DNA from: an uncultured Acidimicrobiaceae bacterium
GTDB taxonomy: Bacteria; Actinomycetota; Acidimicrobiia; Acidimicrobiales; Ilumatobacteraceae
NCBI GenBank assembly: GCA_963746265.1
Contig: CAVVAM010000014.1
Coordinates: 592,114-656,113, forward strand
Reading direction: 5' to 3'
DNA: 64,000 nt
Positions 8,923 to 18,213 of the stretch are shown piece by piece. Position numbers and translations under genes: made by a program. The stretch's first letter is position 1. The number at the start of each line of letters is the position of its first letter. The notes under the pieces were generated by a model. It saw nothing but the letters and a program-made list of their open reading frames with translations, had not been told where the DNA came from and searched no databases.

Positions 8923-9780
8923 ATGGAGCACATCGAGGCCGAGTTGCAGCCGCCGAATCTTGCAGAGTGGGATCGACCGGCGGGTGACGAGAACTACCAC
9001 GAGGACGGCCGCCTCAGAAAGAAGTACTACGAGAAGGAGCTCGGGCGCCTCCAGGAGGAGCTGGTCCAGCTGCAGCACTGGGTGCAGCAGCAAGGACTCC
9101 GGGTCCTCGTGATCTTCGAAGGGCGGGGTTCGGCGGGCAAGGGTGGCGTGATCAAACGCATCAGCGAACGCACCAGCCCACGGATCGTCCGAACCGAGGC
9201 GCTCCCCAAGCCGACCGAACGCGAGAGCACGCAGTGGTACTTCCAGCGCTACGTCCCACTCCTGCCGTCCGGCGGCGAGATCGTGCTGTTCGACCGGAGT
9301 TGGTACAACCGCTCCAACGTCGAGTGGGTCATGGGGTTCTGCAACGAGAAGCAGCACGCCGAGTTCCTGCGCACGTGTCCGGAGTTCGAGCGCATGCTCG
9401 TGCGTTCCGGGATCATCTTGCTCAAGTACTGGTTCTCGATCAGCTACGAGGAACAAGAACGACGATTCAACGCTCGCAACGAAGAGCCGCTCAAGCGTTG
9501 GAAGCTCTCGGAAATGGATCTCGAGGAGCATCGGCAGTACGTCCGCTATTCGATGGCCAAGGACACCACGTTTCAGTACACCGACATCAAACAGGCACCC
9601 TGGTACGTCGTCCCGTCCGACTGCAAACGGCGTGCTCGCCTCAACTGCATCGGCCACCTGCTGAAGATGATCCCGTACGAGAAGTCCGCGCCCGACCCGG
9701 TCGACATCCCCGCACGCGAAGAAGTGCACTACATCCGGCCGCCCTTGGCGGACCAGACCTTCGTCGACCAGGTCTACTGA
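8923..9780 (+). CDS. ppk2: Polyphosphate kinase 2 (single-domain, class I-like)
   Basis: FEGRGSAGKGG Walker A (variant), LFDRSWYNR Walker B, RWKLSEMD lid and APWYVVPSDCKRRARLN. Start could be 8896. Confidence 0.92.
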   Translation: MEHIEAELQPPNLAEWDRPAGDENYHEDGRLRKKYYEKELGRLQEELVQLQHWVQQQGLRVLVIFEGRGSAGKGGVIKRISERTSPRIVRTEALPKPTERESTQWYFQRYVPLLPSGGEIVLFDRSWYNRSNVEWVMGFCNEKQHAEFLRTCPEFERMLVRSGIILLKYWFSISYEEQERRFNARNEEPLKRWKLSEMDLEEHRQYVRYSMAKDTTFQYTDIKQAPWYVVPSDCKRRARLNCIGHLLKMIPYEKSAPDPVDIPAREEVHYIRPPLADQTFVDQVY

Positions 9781-9887
9781 CCGGGCCGACCACCGGCCAG
9801 GCTTCGAGCTCCCCACCCTGCGGCCGGCGGAGTGCGGGCTCGAACGGTCTCGTTTCTCGGGCCAGAGTTCCCGATTGACGAGACATC

Positions 9888-10778
9888 ATGTGGATAGCCG
9901 TCACGCTCGCCGCTGCGACCTTCCAGATCCTGCGCACCTCGCGCCAGCACCAGCTGCGGTCGATGCTCTCGACGAACGCCGCCGGCTTCGTTCGCTACGC
10001 CTACGGGGCCCCGCTCGCCCTCGGGCTCAGCACGCTGCTGTTCGTCGCGCTCGGGCGCGACGTCCCGGACGTGCCCGCCCGGTTCTGGCCGACGATCGCA
10101 CTCGCCGGCATCGCCCAGATCGTGGCCACGCTCGCCCTGCTGGCGGCATTCAAGCAGCGCGATTTCGCCGTGGGCACCGTGTACTCCAAGTCCGAGGTGC
10201 TCATCGTGGCCGCACTCGGGCTCGTCGGCATCGGAGCGGGATTGGAGCCGCTCGGCTGGTTCGGTGCGATGTTGGTCACCGTCGGCGTCGCCTCGCTCGC
10301 ATCCCGCGGCTCGCTGAGCACGTTGCTCAGCCGCACCGGCGACTCGGCTGCCCTGCTGGGCGTCGTGGCCGGCACCGGGTTCGCCGTCGCCGCGGTCGGA
10401 ATCGGTGCGGCGTCGCGCTCGCTCACCGGCGCGCCCTCGTTCGACCGTGCGGTCCTCACGCTGACCGCGCTGCTCCTCATCCAGACCACGATCAATCTCG
10501 CGTGGTTCCTCGCCGCCGACCGAGCCGAGATCTCACGCACGATCAGGGCATGGCGACCCGCCCTGTGGGTGGGGGTGTTCAGCCTGCTCGGTTCGATCGG
10601 CTGGGCGTGGGCGTTCACCCTCGAGAGTGCCGCCAAGGTCAGGACACTCGGCCAAGTCGAGTTGATCATGGCGTTTGTGATCGCGCACGTGACGCTGCGC
10701 GAGCGGCACACGAGCGCCGACTACCTGGCCAGCGCCACCGTGCTGGCGGGCGTTGCGATCGTCACCGTACTCGGCTGA
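9888..10778 (+). CDS. EamA/DMT family transporter
   Basis: About 10 TM helices in two repeats, with YSKSEVL and RTLGQVEL motifs. Confidence 0.8.
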   Translation: MWIAVTLAAATFQILRTSRQHQLRSMLSTNAAGFVRYAYGAPLALGLSTLLFVALGRDVPDVPARFWPTIALAGIAQIVATLALLAAFKQRDFAVGTVYSKSEVLIVAALGLVGIGAGLEPLGWFGAMLVTVGVASLASRGSLSTLLSRTGDSAALLGVVAGTGFAVAAVGIGAASRSLTGAPSFDRAVLTLTALLLIQTTINLAWFLAADRAEISRTIRAWRPALWVGVFSLLGSIGWAWAFTLESAAKVRTLGQVELIMAFVIAHVTLRERHTSADYLASATVLAGVAIVTVLG

Positions 10779-10781
10779 GCA

Positions 10782-11087
10782 TCAGATGATCAGCGCCCGC
10801 ACACCCAGCGCCGCGAGCAGGAAGAACACGAACACCGCGATGCCGGCAGCGGGACCATACTTCTGGTACAGCCACACCGTCACCGACCAGCGGGGCTCGT
10901 AGTTCGGGTCGTGTTGCTTGCGGAGCCATCCGCTGATCGCCATGCACGGGCATCCCAGCAAGGCGACCTGCACCACGATCACGATCGTGAGCACCGTCAC
11001 GAACACGGGACCGTTCCAGGCCGTCGCACCCATCACCACCAGGCCGATCACCAACGGCATGTGCACGATGTCGACGAAGTTCGCCAT
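10782..11087 (-). CDS. Small membrane protein (possibly DUF2784-like)
   Basis: 101 aa MANFVDIVHMPL..., with three hydrophobic segments and LGCPC..WLR. It is the 3' part of track ORF 10782..12533. Confidence 0.65.
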   Translation of the reverse strand: MANFVDIVHMPLVIGLVVMGATAWNGPVFVTVLTIVIVVQVALLGCPCMAISGWLRKQHDPNYEPRWSVTVWLYQKYGPAAGIAVFVFFLLAALGVRALII

Positions 11088-11252
11088 GTACGTGTAGCGC
11101 TCGGTATTCTTCGGCCGTTGCCGGGTCCGGTCCGGTGCCGTGGCGCCCACGAGGTTCAGGCTACGGCCAACCTTCGAGTTCGAAGTGCATCCGATTCCGC
11201 GGATCGCTCCGTAGAGGAGCTGAGCAACCGGCTCGACACGAAAGGAACCATC

Positions 11253-12086
11253 ATGAAGCGAGTACTCGCAGGAATCGCAGCGGTCGCCGCCGTTGCAATG
11301 AGCGGCGGCACGGCCGGCGCACAGGACGCAGCCACCGTCACCCTCCTCCACGGCATCCCCGGCGCGACCGTCGACGTCGCCGTCGACGGCGACGTGCTGC
11401 TGCCCGGCTTCGAGCCGGGCGCGACCCAGGATCTCACACCGTTCGCTGGCACGACCTTGATGAACGTCGAGGTGCGGGCCGCCGGCACGGAGGACATCGT
11501 GATCGGGCCGATCCCCGAACTCGCCGTTCCCGGATCCGGCAACTGGACCGTGATCGCGCACCTCGACGCCGACGGCGTGCCGACGGTCACACCGTTCGAG
11601 AACAACACCGCCCCGACCGTCGACGGTGAGGGCCGGCTGACCGTTCGCCACACCGCTGCTGCTCCGGCCGTCGACCTGGTCGTCGGCGACGCCCGGCCGA
11701 TCGAGGGTGCCGAGAACGGCGCCAGCGCCGAGCTCTCGCTGCCGGCCGGCGAGATCGCCGGTGCCCAGCTCGCACCGGCCGGAGGCGATCCGATCGTCGA
11801 CGTACCGACCGTCGAACTGGCTGCGGGCTCCAACCTGATCGTCTACGCCGTCGGTTCGCTCGCCGACGACACGTTCACGTTCTACACCCAGGAGATCGAG
11901 GTCGGAGCAGAGGCCGCCGGCGGTACCGACGACGCTGCGGCAGGTGACGGAACGCCGGCCCCCACGGCCGTGAACACCGGCTCGCCGATCGGCGATTCGG
12001 TCAACCTGTCGCTGCTCGCAGCCGCGGCCGGCATGCTGGTCCTGGCCGGTGGTGCGCTGACGCTCCGCACGGTCAAGAACCGCTGA
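11253..12086 (+). CDS. Secreted DUF4397-type protein with C-terminal sortase sorting signal
   Basis: RBS AAAGGA, signal peptide, VTLLHGIPGATVDV and VRHTAAAPAVDL repeats, C-terminal PTAVNTG + TM + RTVKNR. Confidence 0.85.
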   Translation: MKRVLAGIAAVAAVAMSGGTAGAQDAATVTLLHGIPGATVDVAVDGDVLLPGFEPGATQDLTPFAGTTLMNVEVRAAGTEDIVIGPIPELAVPGSGNWTVIAHLDADGVPTVTPFENNTAPTVDGEGRLTVRHTAAAPAVDLVVGDARPIEGAENGASAELSLPAGEIAGAQLAPAGGDPIVDVPTVELAAGSNLIVYAVGSLADDTFTFYTQEIEVGAEAAGGTDDAAAGDGTPAPTAVNTGSPIGDSVNLSLLAAAAGMLVLAGGALTLRTVKNR

Positions 12087-12117
12087 CCACACACCCACGA
12101 CGAGGAATTCAGTCCAC

Positions 12118-12969
12118 ATGACCGACGCCCGACCCGACCACCGACCGGTGGCAGGTCGGGCGTCGCTCGTCGTCGGCATCGTGGCCGCAGTCGCCGCGAT
12201 CGGCCTCGCGACCGCTGCGTTCTGGCCGGCGGCGACGAGCGAGGACGCCGTGCTCGATGTCACGACGGTCACCGCCGCAGCCGTCCCCGACACCATTCCG
12301 CCGGAACCCGACGTGCCGGCTCGGGAGGCGGACGATCGGCAGGGCCGCGACGGCACCCCCGGCGACGACGGCGATGACGACGACGTCGGCCCGCCAGATC
12401 CGGCAACGGCTCCGCCTCCGACCACCGAGATCGAGCGCTCACCGCTCGCCGACCTGCTCGGTGTTCCCGGCTCGGCGATCCCGCCCGCCGTCGAGCCCCG
12501 CGTCCGACCTGCGTCGGTCACCATCGACGACATCGAGCTCTCGAGCCCCGTCCGTGCCGTGGGCCTCGAGGACAGCGGCGAGCTCGAGGTTCCCGACGAG
12601 ACCGAGATCGGCTGGTACCGCTACGGCTCCAGCCCAGGTCGCGCCGGTGCGACCGTGCTCGCCGCACACGTCACCTGGAACGGCACGATCGGGCCCTTCT
12701 TCGAGCTCGGTGGGCTCGAGCCCGGCGCCCGAGTCGATCTGGCGCTCGACGACGGCACGCTCCGAACCTACGAAGTCGTCGAGCGCACCATGTACGACAA
12801 GGACTCGCTGCCCCGCGAGCGCATCTGGCGGACGACGGGTGACGAGATGCTCGTGCTGATCACCTGCGGCGGGTCGTTCAATCCCGACATCAACCGCTAC
12901 CGACAGAACATCGTCGTCTACGCCGTGCCGGTCGGTGTCGACCGAGCCGGCGAGCGAGCTACGAGCTGA
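12118..12969 (+). CDS. Class F sortase
   Basis: N-terminal TM, IGWYRYGSSPGRAGATVLAAHV, LVLITCGG and NIVVYA. Confidence 0.9.
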   Translation: MTDARPDHRPVAGRASLVVGIVAAVAAIGLATAAFWPAATSEDAVLDVTTVTAAAVPDTIPPEPDVPAREADDRQGRDGTPGDDGDDDDVGPPDPATAPPPTTEIERSPLADLLGVPGSAIPPAVEPRVRPASVTIDDIELSSPVRAVGLEDSGELEVPDETEIGWYRYGSSPGRAGATVLAAHVTWNGTIGPFFELGGLEPGARVDLALDDGTLRTYEVVERTMYDKDSLPRERIWRTTGDEMLVLITCGGSFNPDINRYRQNIVVYAVPVGVDRAGERATS

Positions 12970-13744
12970 TCGATTCCCGCCGCGGGATCACCACGATGGT
13001 CCCGTCCGGCTCGCGGTGCACGCTCACCCGAACGCCATAGAACTCGGCGAGCGTCTCGGCCCTGAGTACCGCCTCCGGTTCACCGGAGGCCACGACCGAC
13101 CCTTCGTGCAACAGTGTCAGGCGGTCGCTGTACAACCCCGCGAGCGTCAGGTCGTGCATCGCCGAGATCACCGTCAGACCGTGGTCACGGCGGAGCCGGG
13201 CGACGAGTTCGAGCGCCTGCTGCTGGTGCCCGATGTCGAGCGCACTCGTGGGTTCGTCGAGCAGCAGGATCGGTGCCTCGGTCGCCAGCGCGCGGGCGAT
13301 CACCAGACGCTGACGCTCACCTCCGCTGAGATGTGCGAGACGGCGATCGGCGAAGGCGCTCAACTCGAGCCGATCGAGCACGTCGGCGACCAGCGCCCGA
13401 TCGTGTCGGTTCTCGTTCCCGAAGTAGCCGACGTACGGCGCCCGACCCAGGAGCGCGTACTCGAACCCCGTCATGTCGGCAGGCATCAGCGGATCCTGCG
13501 GGACGTAGGCCACGAGCGCGGCGCGCCGGGCCCTGGTCCGCAACGACATCGACGCACCGTCGACGATGACGTCGCCGGACGACGGGACCACGCCGGCGAC
13601 CGCCTTGAGCAACGACGACTTGCCCGCCCCGTTCGGACCGATCAAGCCGAGCCACTCCCCGGAGCGGACGGTGTCGGAGAACCCGCGCACGACCTCGCGC
13701 TTGCCGTAGTGCACGCTGAGCCCGTCGAACTCGATCGAGCTCAC
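12959..13744 (-). CDS. btuD: Cobalamin/iron ABC transporter ATP-binding protein
   Basis: GPNGAGKSS, LSGGERQR, LLDEPTSALD and HDL motifs. Confidence 0.88.
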   Translation of the reverse strand: MSSIEFDGLSVHYGKREVVRGFSDTVRSGEWLGLIGPNGAGKSSLLKAVAGVVPSSGDVIVDGASMSLRTRARRAALVAYVPQDPLMPADMTGFEYALLGRAPYVGYFGNENRHDRALVADVLDRLELSAFADRRLAHLSGGERQRLVIARALATEAPILLLDEPTSALDIGHQQQALELVARLRRDHGLTVISAMHDLTLAGLYSDRLTLLHEGSVVASGEPEAVLRAETLAEFYGVRVSVHREPDGTIVVIPRRESISS

Positions 13745-14793
13745 CGGGTGACCTCCCGCGTGCGCAGCAGGATGATGAAGAACGGTGCGCCCACGAACGC
13801 CGTGACGACGCCGATCGGAAGTTCCGCGGGAGCCATGAGCGTCCGACCGGGGATGTCGGCGAGGATGAGGAACACGGCGCCGAACGCGATCGTGAGCGGG
13901 ATGAGCCGCCGATAGCTGGCGCCCGCGATCAGCCGGACGATGTGCGGCACGACCAGGCCAACGAACCCGATCAGACCGCTGACGGCCACGACCGCGGCCG
14001 TACCCAGCGTGGCGGCGACGACCACCACCAGGCGAACCCTGGTCACCGGCAAGCCGAGCGTGACCGCTTCGTCGTCTCCGACACGGAGCAGGTCGAGGTG
14101 GCGGCGATGGAGCAGGAGCACGAGGCAGCTCAGACCGACGTACGGGAGGACCAGGCGCACGTCGGTCCAGGACGCCGTCGACAGCCGTCCGAGGATCCAG
14201 TTGTAGACCTCACGGACGACCTCCGAGTTGCGCTGCAACACGAACGTCTGGATCGCCGTGAGCAGCGACACCATCGCGACGCCGGCCAGCACGAGCGTGG
14301 CGGTGCCGCGCAGACCTCCGAAGGAGGCACCGACGACGTACGTGAGCGCCACGGCGCCGAGTGCGAACACGAACGCGACCGCCGGGACCGGGTCGACCAG
14401 CCAGCTGTCACCGACATCGCCCCAGATCGCGATCATGAGCGTGGCGCCGAGACCCGCTCCGGCCGCGGCGCCGAGCAGGTACGGGTCGACGAGCGGATTG
14501 CGGAACACGCCCTGGTAGCTGGCTCCACCCACCGACAGCATGGCGCCGACCAGGCCCGCCAGTACGACCCGCGGCATGCGGATGTCCCAGATGATCGACC
14601 ATTCGCGCTCGGTGACGCCGCTGTCGATCGCGATCAGCGGCAGGTGATCGATCAGCGCAAGCGGTACCCGCCACCATGCCGGACCCGCCGGACCGATCAT
14701 GGCGCCGAGCAGCACGGCCAGGACGACCGCGACCCCCGCGCCGGGATACCAACCGACCGACCCGCGGGGCTTGGCGCGCCGCTCGACGTTCAC
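13741..14793 (-). CDS. btuC: FecCD/BtuC family ABC permease
   Basis: IRMPRV, FRNPLVDPYLLG, GLIGFVGLVVPH and ELPIGVVTAFVGAPFF. Confidence 0.9.
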   Translation of the reverse strand: MNVERRAKPRGSVGWYPGAGVAVVLAVLLGAMIGPAGPAWWRVPLALIDHLPLIAIDSGVTEREWSIIWDIRMPRVVLAGLVGAMLSVGGASYQGVFRNPLVDPYLLGAAAGAGLGATLMIAIWGDVGDSWLVDPVPAVAFVFALGAVALTYVVGASFGGLRGTATLVLAGVAMVSLLTAIQTFVLQRNSEVVREVYNWILGRLSTASWTDVRLVLPYVGLSCLVLLLHRRHLDLLRVGDDEAVTLGLPVTRVRLVVVVAATLGTAAVVAVSGLIGFVGLVVPHIVRLIAGASYRRLIPLTIAFGAVFLILADIPGRTLMAPAELPIGVVTAFVGAPFFIILLRTREVTR

Positions 14794-14800
14794 GTTCGGG

Positions 14801-15877
14801 TCAGCCGACCTCGGTCGGCGCGGCTGCGTTGATCACGGCCTTGGCGGCGAGGCGGAGATAGTCGACGATGCGCGGCCCCCAGCGCGATGCGATGTCGTCG
14901 TCCATCTCGATCACGCCGTTGCCCGCAACCGCATCGAGAGCGCTCCAGCCGGGTCGGTTGGCGACGGAGTCCGCCGTCTCGCCGCAACACTTGGTGTCGG
15001 CGAGGAAGATCAGTTCGGGATTCTGCTCGATGATGTACTCCGCGTTGAGCTGCGGGAACGGGTTGCCGTCACCGACCGCGTCGGCGATGTTCACGAGGCC
15101 GAGCTCTGCGTACACCGCGCCGATGAACGTGCCACTGGTCGCCGAGTACAAGGTCGGGTCGAGCTCGTGGTAGTACGTCAGTGGCGGGTCCTGCTCGGGC
15201 ACCTCACCCCTGACGTTCGCGACCTCGGTCCGCATCGATGCGACGAGCTCGGCCGCCTCTGCGATGTGGCCGGTGGCCGCGCCCAACTGCTCGATCTGGG
15301 TGTACACGTCGTCGAAGTCGGCAGCCGCCGGGCCCTCCCAGTGGGGGATCTCCAGCGTGTCGAGTTGCTCCAGGAGATCCGGGCTGGTGCCGTCGGTGAC
15401 CACGAGATCCGGCTCGAGCCCGGCGATCGCCTCGACGTTCGGCTCCAGGCCGGAAAGGCCCGACATCTTGTCGGCCGCCTCGGCCGGGTAGTTCGACAGG
15501 TCGTCGACGGCGAGCACCTGTTCACCGGCGCCGATCGCGTAGAGCATCTCGGTGGCGGTCGGCGACAACGAGATGATCGCCTGAGGGACGTCATCACCCG
15601 GCGCGGTGTCGTCGGAGGGTGCGACAGTCGTCGTTGCGGCCGCCTCGCCCGTGGTCGGCTCACCCGTGTCGTCGGTGGTCTGCTCGTCGGCGTCGTCGAT
15701 CGCCACGTCGGACGTCTCCTCCGACGTCGCGTCGTCGGTCGCTCCTGCCGTCTCGTCGGACGATTCGTCGGAGGCCTCGACGGCCGTCGTGTCGACCTGA
15801 TCGTCACCGTCGTCGCTGCACGCTGCGAACACGAGGGCACAGCCGACGGCGATGCCGGCCAATCGCTTGATCTTCAT
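14801..15877 (-). CDS. btuF: Cobalamin ABC transporter substrate-binding lipoprotein
   Basis: Lipobox LVFAAC, acidic Thr-rich linker, IISLSPTATEMLYAIG and SRWGPRI; lies downstream of the cobalamin riboswitch. Confidence 0.88.
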   Translation of the reverse strand: MKIKRLAGIAVGCALVFAACSDDGDDQVDTTAVEASDESSDETAGATDDATSEETSDVAIDDADEQTTDDTGEPTTGEAAATTTVAPSDDTAPGDDVPQAIISLSPTATEMLYAIGAGEQVLAVDDLSNYPAEAADKMSGLSGLEPNVEAIAGLEPDLVVTDGTSPDLLEQLDTLEIPHWEGPAAADFDDVYTQIEQLGAATGHIAEAAELVASMRTEVANVRGEVPEQDPPLTYYHELDPTLYSATSGTFIGAVYAELGLVNIADAVGDGNPFPQLNAEYIIEQNPELIFLADTKCCGETADSVANRPGWSALDAVAGNGVIEMDDDIASRWGPRIVDYLRLAAKAVINAAAPTEVG

Positions 15878-15967
15878 GGATGCTGCCTCCGCTTCGGGAG
15901 GACAAGTGGGCCAGAGGCCGGTGAACCAGCCTGCGAACCGCCCTTGCCTCGAGGGTCTGGTCGTCGC

Positions 15968-16083
15968 GCACGGAACGGTCGACCGGGCTCGTCCGACCGT
16001 GTGGCCGACGGGGTCGTCGACCGGGCTGGAACCACCGTTGCGGGACAGCGCCGGGATCTCACCGGACTTCGCTCGAACCGTGC
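15968..16083 (-). ncRNA. Cobalamin riboswitch
   Basis: Minus strand GAAGTCCGGTGAGATCCCGGCGCTGTCCCGCAACGGT..AGCCCGGTCGAC, closed by a GCACGG/CCGTGC P1 helix. Confidence 0.92.
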
Positions 16084-16142
16084 GAGTAACACAGTACACG
16101 GTGGAGCGCGTCCGTGGAGATCGCAATAGGCTCGCCGCCCTG

Positions 16143-16727
16143 ATGACTGACGACACCGCCCCGACGACCGACGCCCCAGAAGACGACCCGCGGCCGGACG
16201 GCCTCCGATCGGCACCATCGCTGGTGCTCGTGAACACGGGCAACGGGCGAGGCAAGAGTTCGTCGGCGTTCGGCGTCATGCTCCGAGCGCTGGCGGTCGA
16301 TTGGCCCATCGCCGTGGTGCAGTTCGTCAAGAGTGGCGACTGGAAGGTCGGCGAGGAGAAGATGGGCCGGCAGCTCGGCGTCGACTGGTACGCGTTCGGT
16401 CAGGGTTTCACCTGGGACTCCGACGACCTCGACAACGACAAGGCCCATGCCAACGAGGGGTGGTCGGCGGCGAAGGCGCTGATCACGGCCGGCGAGCACC
16501 GGCTGGTGATCCTCGACGAACTGACCTACCTGTGCAGCTGGGGCTGGATCGACCAGTCCGACGTGATCGACACCGTCGTCAATCGACCCGACCACGTGAA
16601 CGTGGTCATCACCGGGCGCGACGCGCCGGCCGGGCTGATCGAGATCGCGGACACGGTCACCGAGATGAACGAGGTCAAACACGCCTACCGGCAGGGGATC
16701 CGCGCCAAGCGCGGCATCGACTACTGA
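16143..16727 (+). CDS. cobO: Cob(I)yrinic acid a,c-diamide adenosyltransferase (CobA/CobO type)
   Basis: NTGNGRGKSSSAFG, VVQFVK, LVILDELTY, VVITGRDAP and ADTVTEM..VKH. Confidence 0.92.
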   Translation: MTDDTAPTTDAPEDDPRPDGLRSAPSLVLVNTGNGRGKSSSAFGVMLRALAVDWPIAVVQFVKSGDWKVGEEKMGRQLGVDWYAFGQGFTWDSDDLDNDKAHANEGWSAAKALITAGEHRLVILDELTYLCSWGWIDQSDVIDTVVNRPDHVNVVITGRDAPAGLIEIADTVTEMNEVKHAYRQGIRAKRGIDY

Positions 16728-16793
16728 CACGCCGGATCGACCCGGCCCCACTCGTCGCTGTCGTGGGCCCGAGATTGCACGTACCATGAGAAC

Positions 16794-17141
16794 ATGAGCG
16801 CTGGCACTGATGTGGTCGACCGTTTCTACGCACTCCTGGGGTCCGGTGACGTCGACGGGTTGGTCGGCCTCTACGCCGGTGATGGGGAAGTCATCCGATA
16901 CGACGGCGTCGCGGACACGCCCGACCAGATCGCCGAGTACTTCCGCGACCACCTCGGTCACCATCCCGGTTTCACCCTTCGGTCGATCGACCAGCTTCGC
17001 GAGGCCGACGACGTCTTGATGTGGGACGCGCTCGTCGACACCGACCATGGCGTGCTCCAGACGGTCCACGTCGTCGTGTTCGACGGCGACGGTGCGATTC
17101 ACCGCCACATCCCCGGAATCCGCGGCTACTGGGGCCAATGA
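16794..17141 (+). CDS. SnoaL-like / NTF2-family protein
   Basis: VDRFYALLGSGDVDGLVGLYA pattern; ATG lies 6 nt after TACCAT. Confidence 0.75.
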   Translation: MSAGTDVVDRFYALLGSGDVDGLVGLYAGDGEVIRYDGVADTPDQIAEYFRDHLGHHPGFTLRSIDQLREADDVLMWDALVDTDHGVLQTVHVVVFDGDGAIHRHIPGIRGYWGQ

Positions 17142-18208
17142 TCCACGACGCGCACGTGGTCCTCGGTTCGGAGCGATTCGACGACGACCTCGGCGTGCTC
17201 ACCGGCGACCACGGCTTCCGGGTCGACGCGATCTTCCCGGCCGACGCTCCGTCGACGGCGATCCTGTCCGGCCACGGTCTCCGGCTCCGCCTGGAACGAT
17301 CCGAACACCGGGCACCGATCCGGATCCATCTGCTCTCGGACGAACGCACCGGTTCGACCGAGCTGCCCGGCGGCTCGGTCATCGAGTACCGGCCGTTCAC
17401 GACGACGTACCACCTGCCCGACAGCGAGCCGTCGCTGACGATCGTCAGCGACGACGGTCGCTCAGGCGTCGGACGAGCCGGCATGCGGTACCGCGACCTG
17501 ATCCCCGACCGGTGGGGCGGCCGCTTCATCGTCTCGCACATCACGATCCCCGACGGCGGGCCCGTCCCCGACTACGTGCACTTCCACAAGGTCCGGTTCC
17601 AGATGATCTTTGTCAAGTCAGGTTGGGTGCGACTGGTCTACGAGGACCAGGGACCGCCGTTCGTGATGCACGCCGGGGACTGTGTGCTCCAACCGCCCGA
17701 GATCCGACACCGCGTGCTCGAGAGCTCACCCGGCCTCGAGGTGATCGAGGTCGGCTGCCCGGCCGAGCACGAGACGATCGCGGACTGGTCACTCGCCCTG
17801 CCGACCGCATCGCTCGATCCGGATCGTGACTTCGGTGGCCAGCGGTTCGTTCGTCACATCGCTGCCCAGTCGCCCCATGAACCCTGGAGGCTCGCTGGGT
17901 GGGAGTGCCGCGACACCGGCATCGGAGCGGCCACTGCCGGGCTCGCAGGCGCTCGGGTCGCCCGGCCGTGTGCTCCTGCGGTCGACGCAGGCCCGTCGCC
18001 GATCGCGCACGCCACGGAGTTCTGCCACCTGGTCGTGCTGGCCGGATCGGTCACGTTCCTCGCAGATGAACGGGAGCCGGTCGTGCTCGGCGAGTCCGAC
18101 AGTGTGGCGATCCCGGGCGGCCTCCACTACCGGTTCGCTGCACCGACGCCCGAGTGCGAAGTGCTCGACGTCACCCTGCCCGCGGCGTTCGACCTGCTCG
18201 GCGTCTGA
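17138..18208 (+). CDS. Multi-domain cupin protein
   Basis: PDYVHFHKVRFQMIFVKSGW...AGDCVLQPPEIRHRV, plus a second cupin-like C-terminal repeat; ATGA overlap. Confidence 0.75.
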   Translation: MIHDAHVVLGSERFDDDLGVLTGDHGFRVDAIFPADAPSTAILSGHGLRLRLERSEHRAPIRIHLLSDERTGSTELPGGSVIEYRPFTTTYHLPDSEPSLTIVSDDGRSGVGRAGMRYRDLIPDRWGGRFIVSHITIPDGGPVPDYVHFHKVRFQMIFVKSGWVRLVYEDQGPPFVMHAGDCVLQPPEIRHRVLESSPGLEVIEVGCPAEHETIADWSLALPTASLDPDRDFGGQRFVRHIAAQSPHEPWRLAGWECRDTGIGAATAGLAGARVARPCAPAVDAGPSPIAHATEFCHLVVLAGSVTFLADEREPVVLGESDSVAIPGGLHYRFAAPTPECEVLDVTLPAAFDLLGV

Positions 18209-18213
18209 ACGTC

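Noticed and set aside
16230-16265. cobO P-loop variant GNGRGKSSS
   Set aside because: It is a conservative K-to-R change with the key GK[ST] retained, so probably normal variation.
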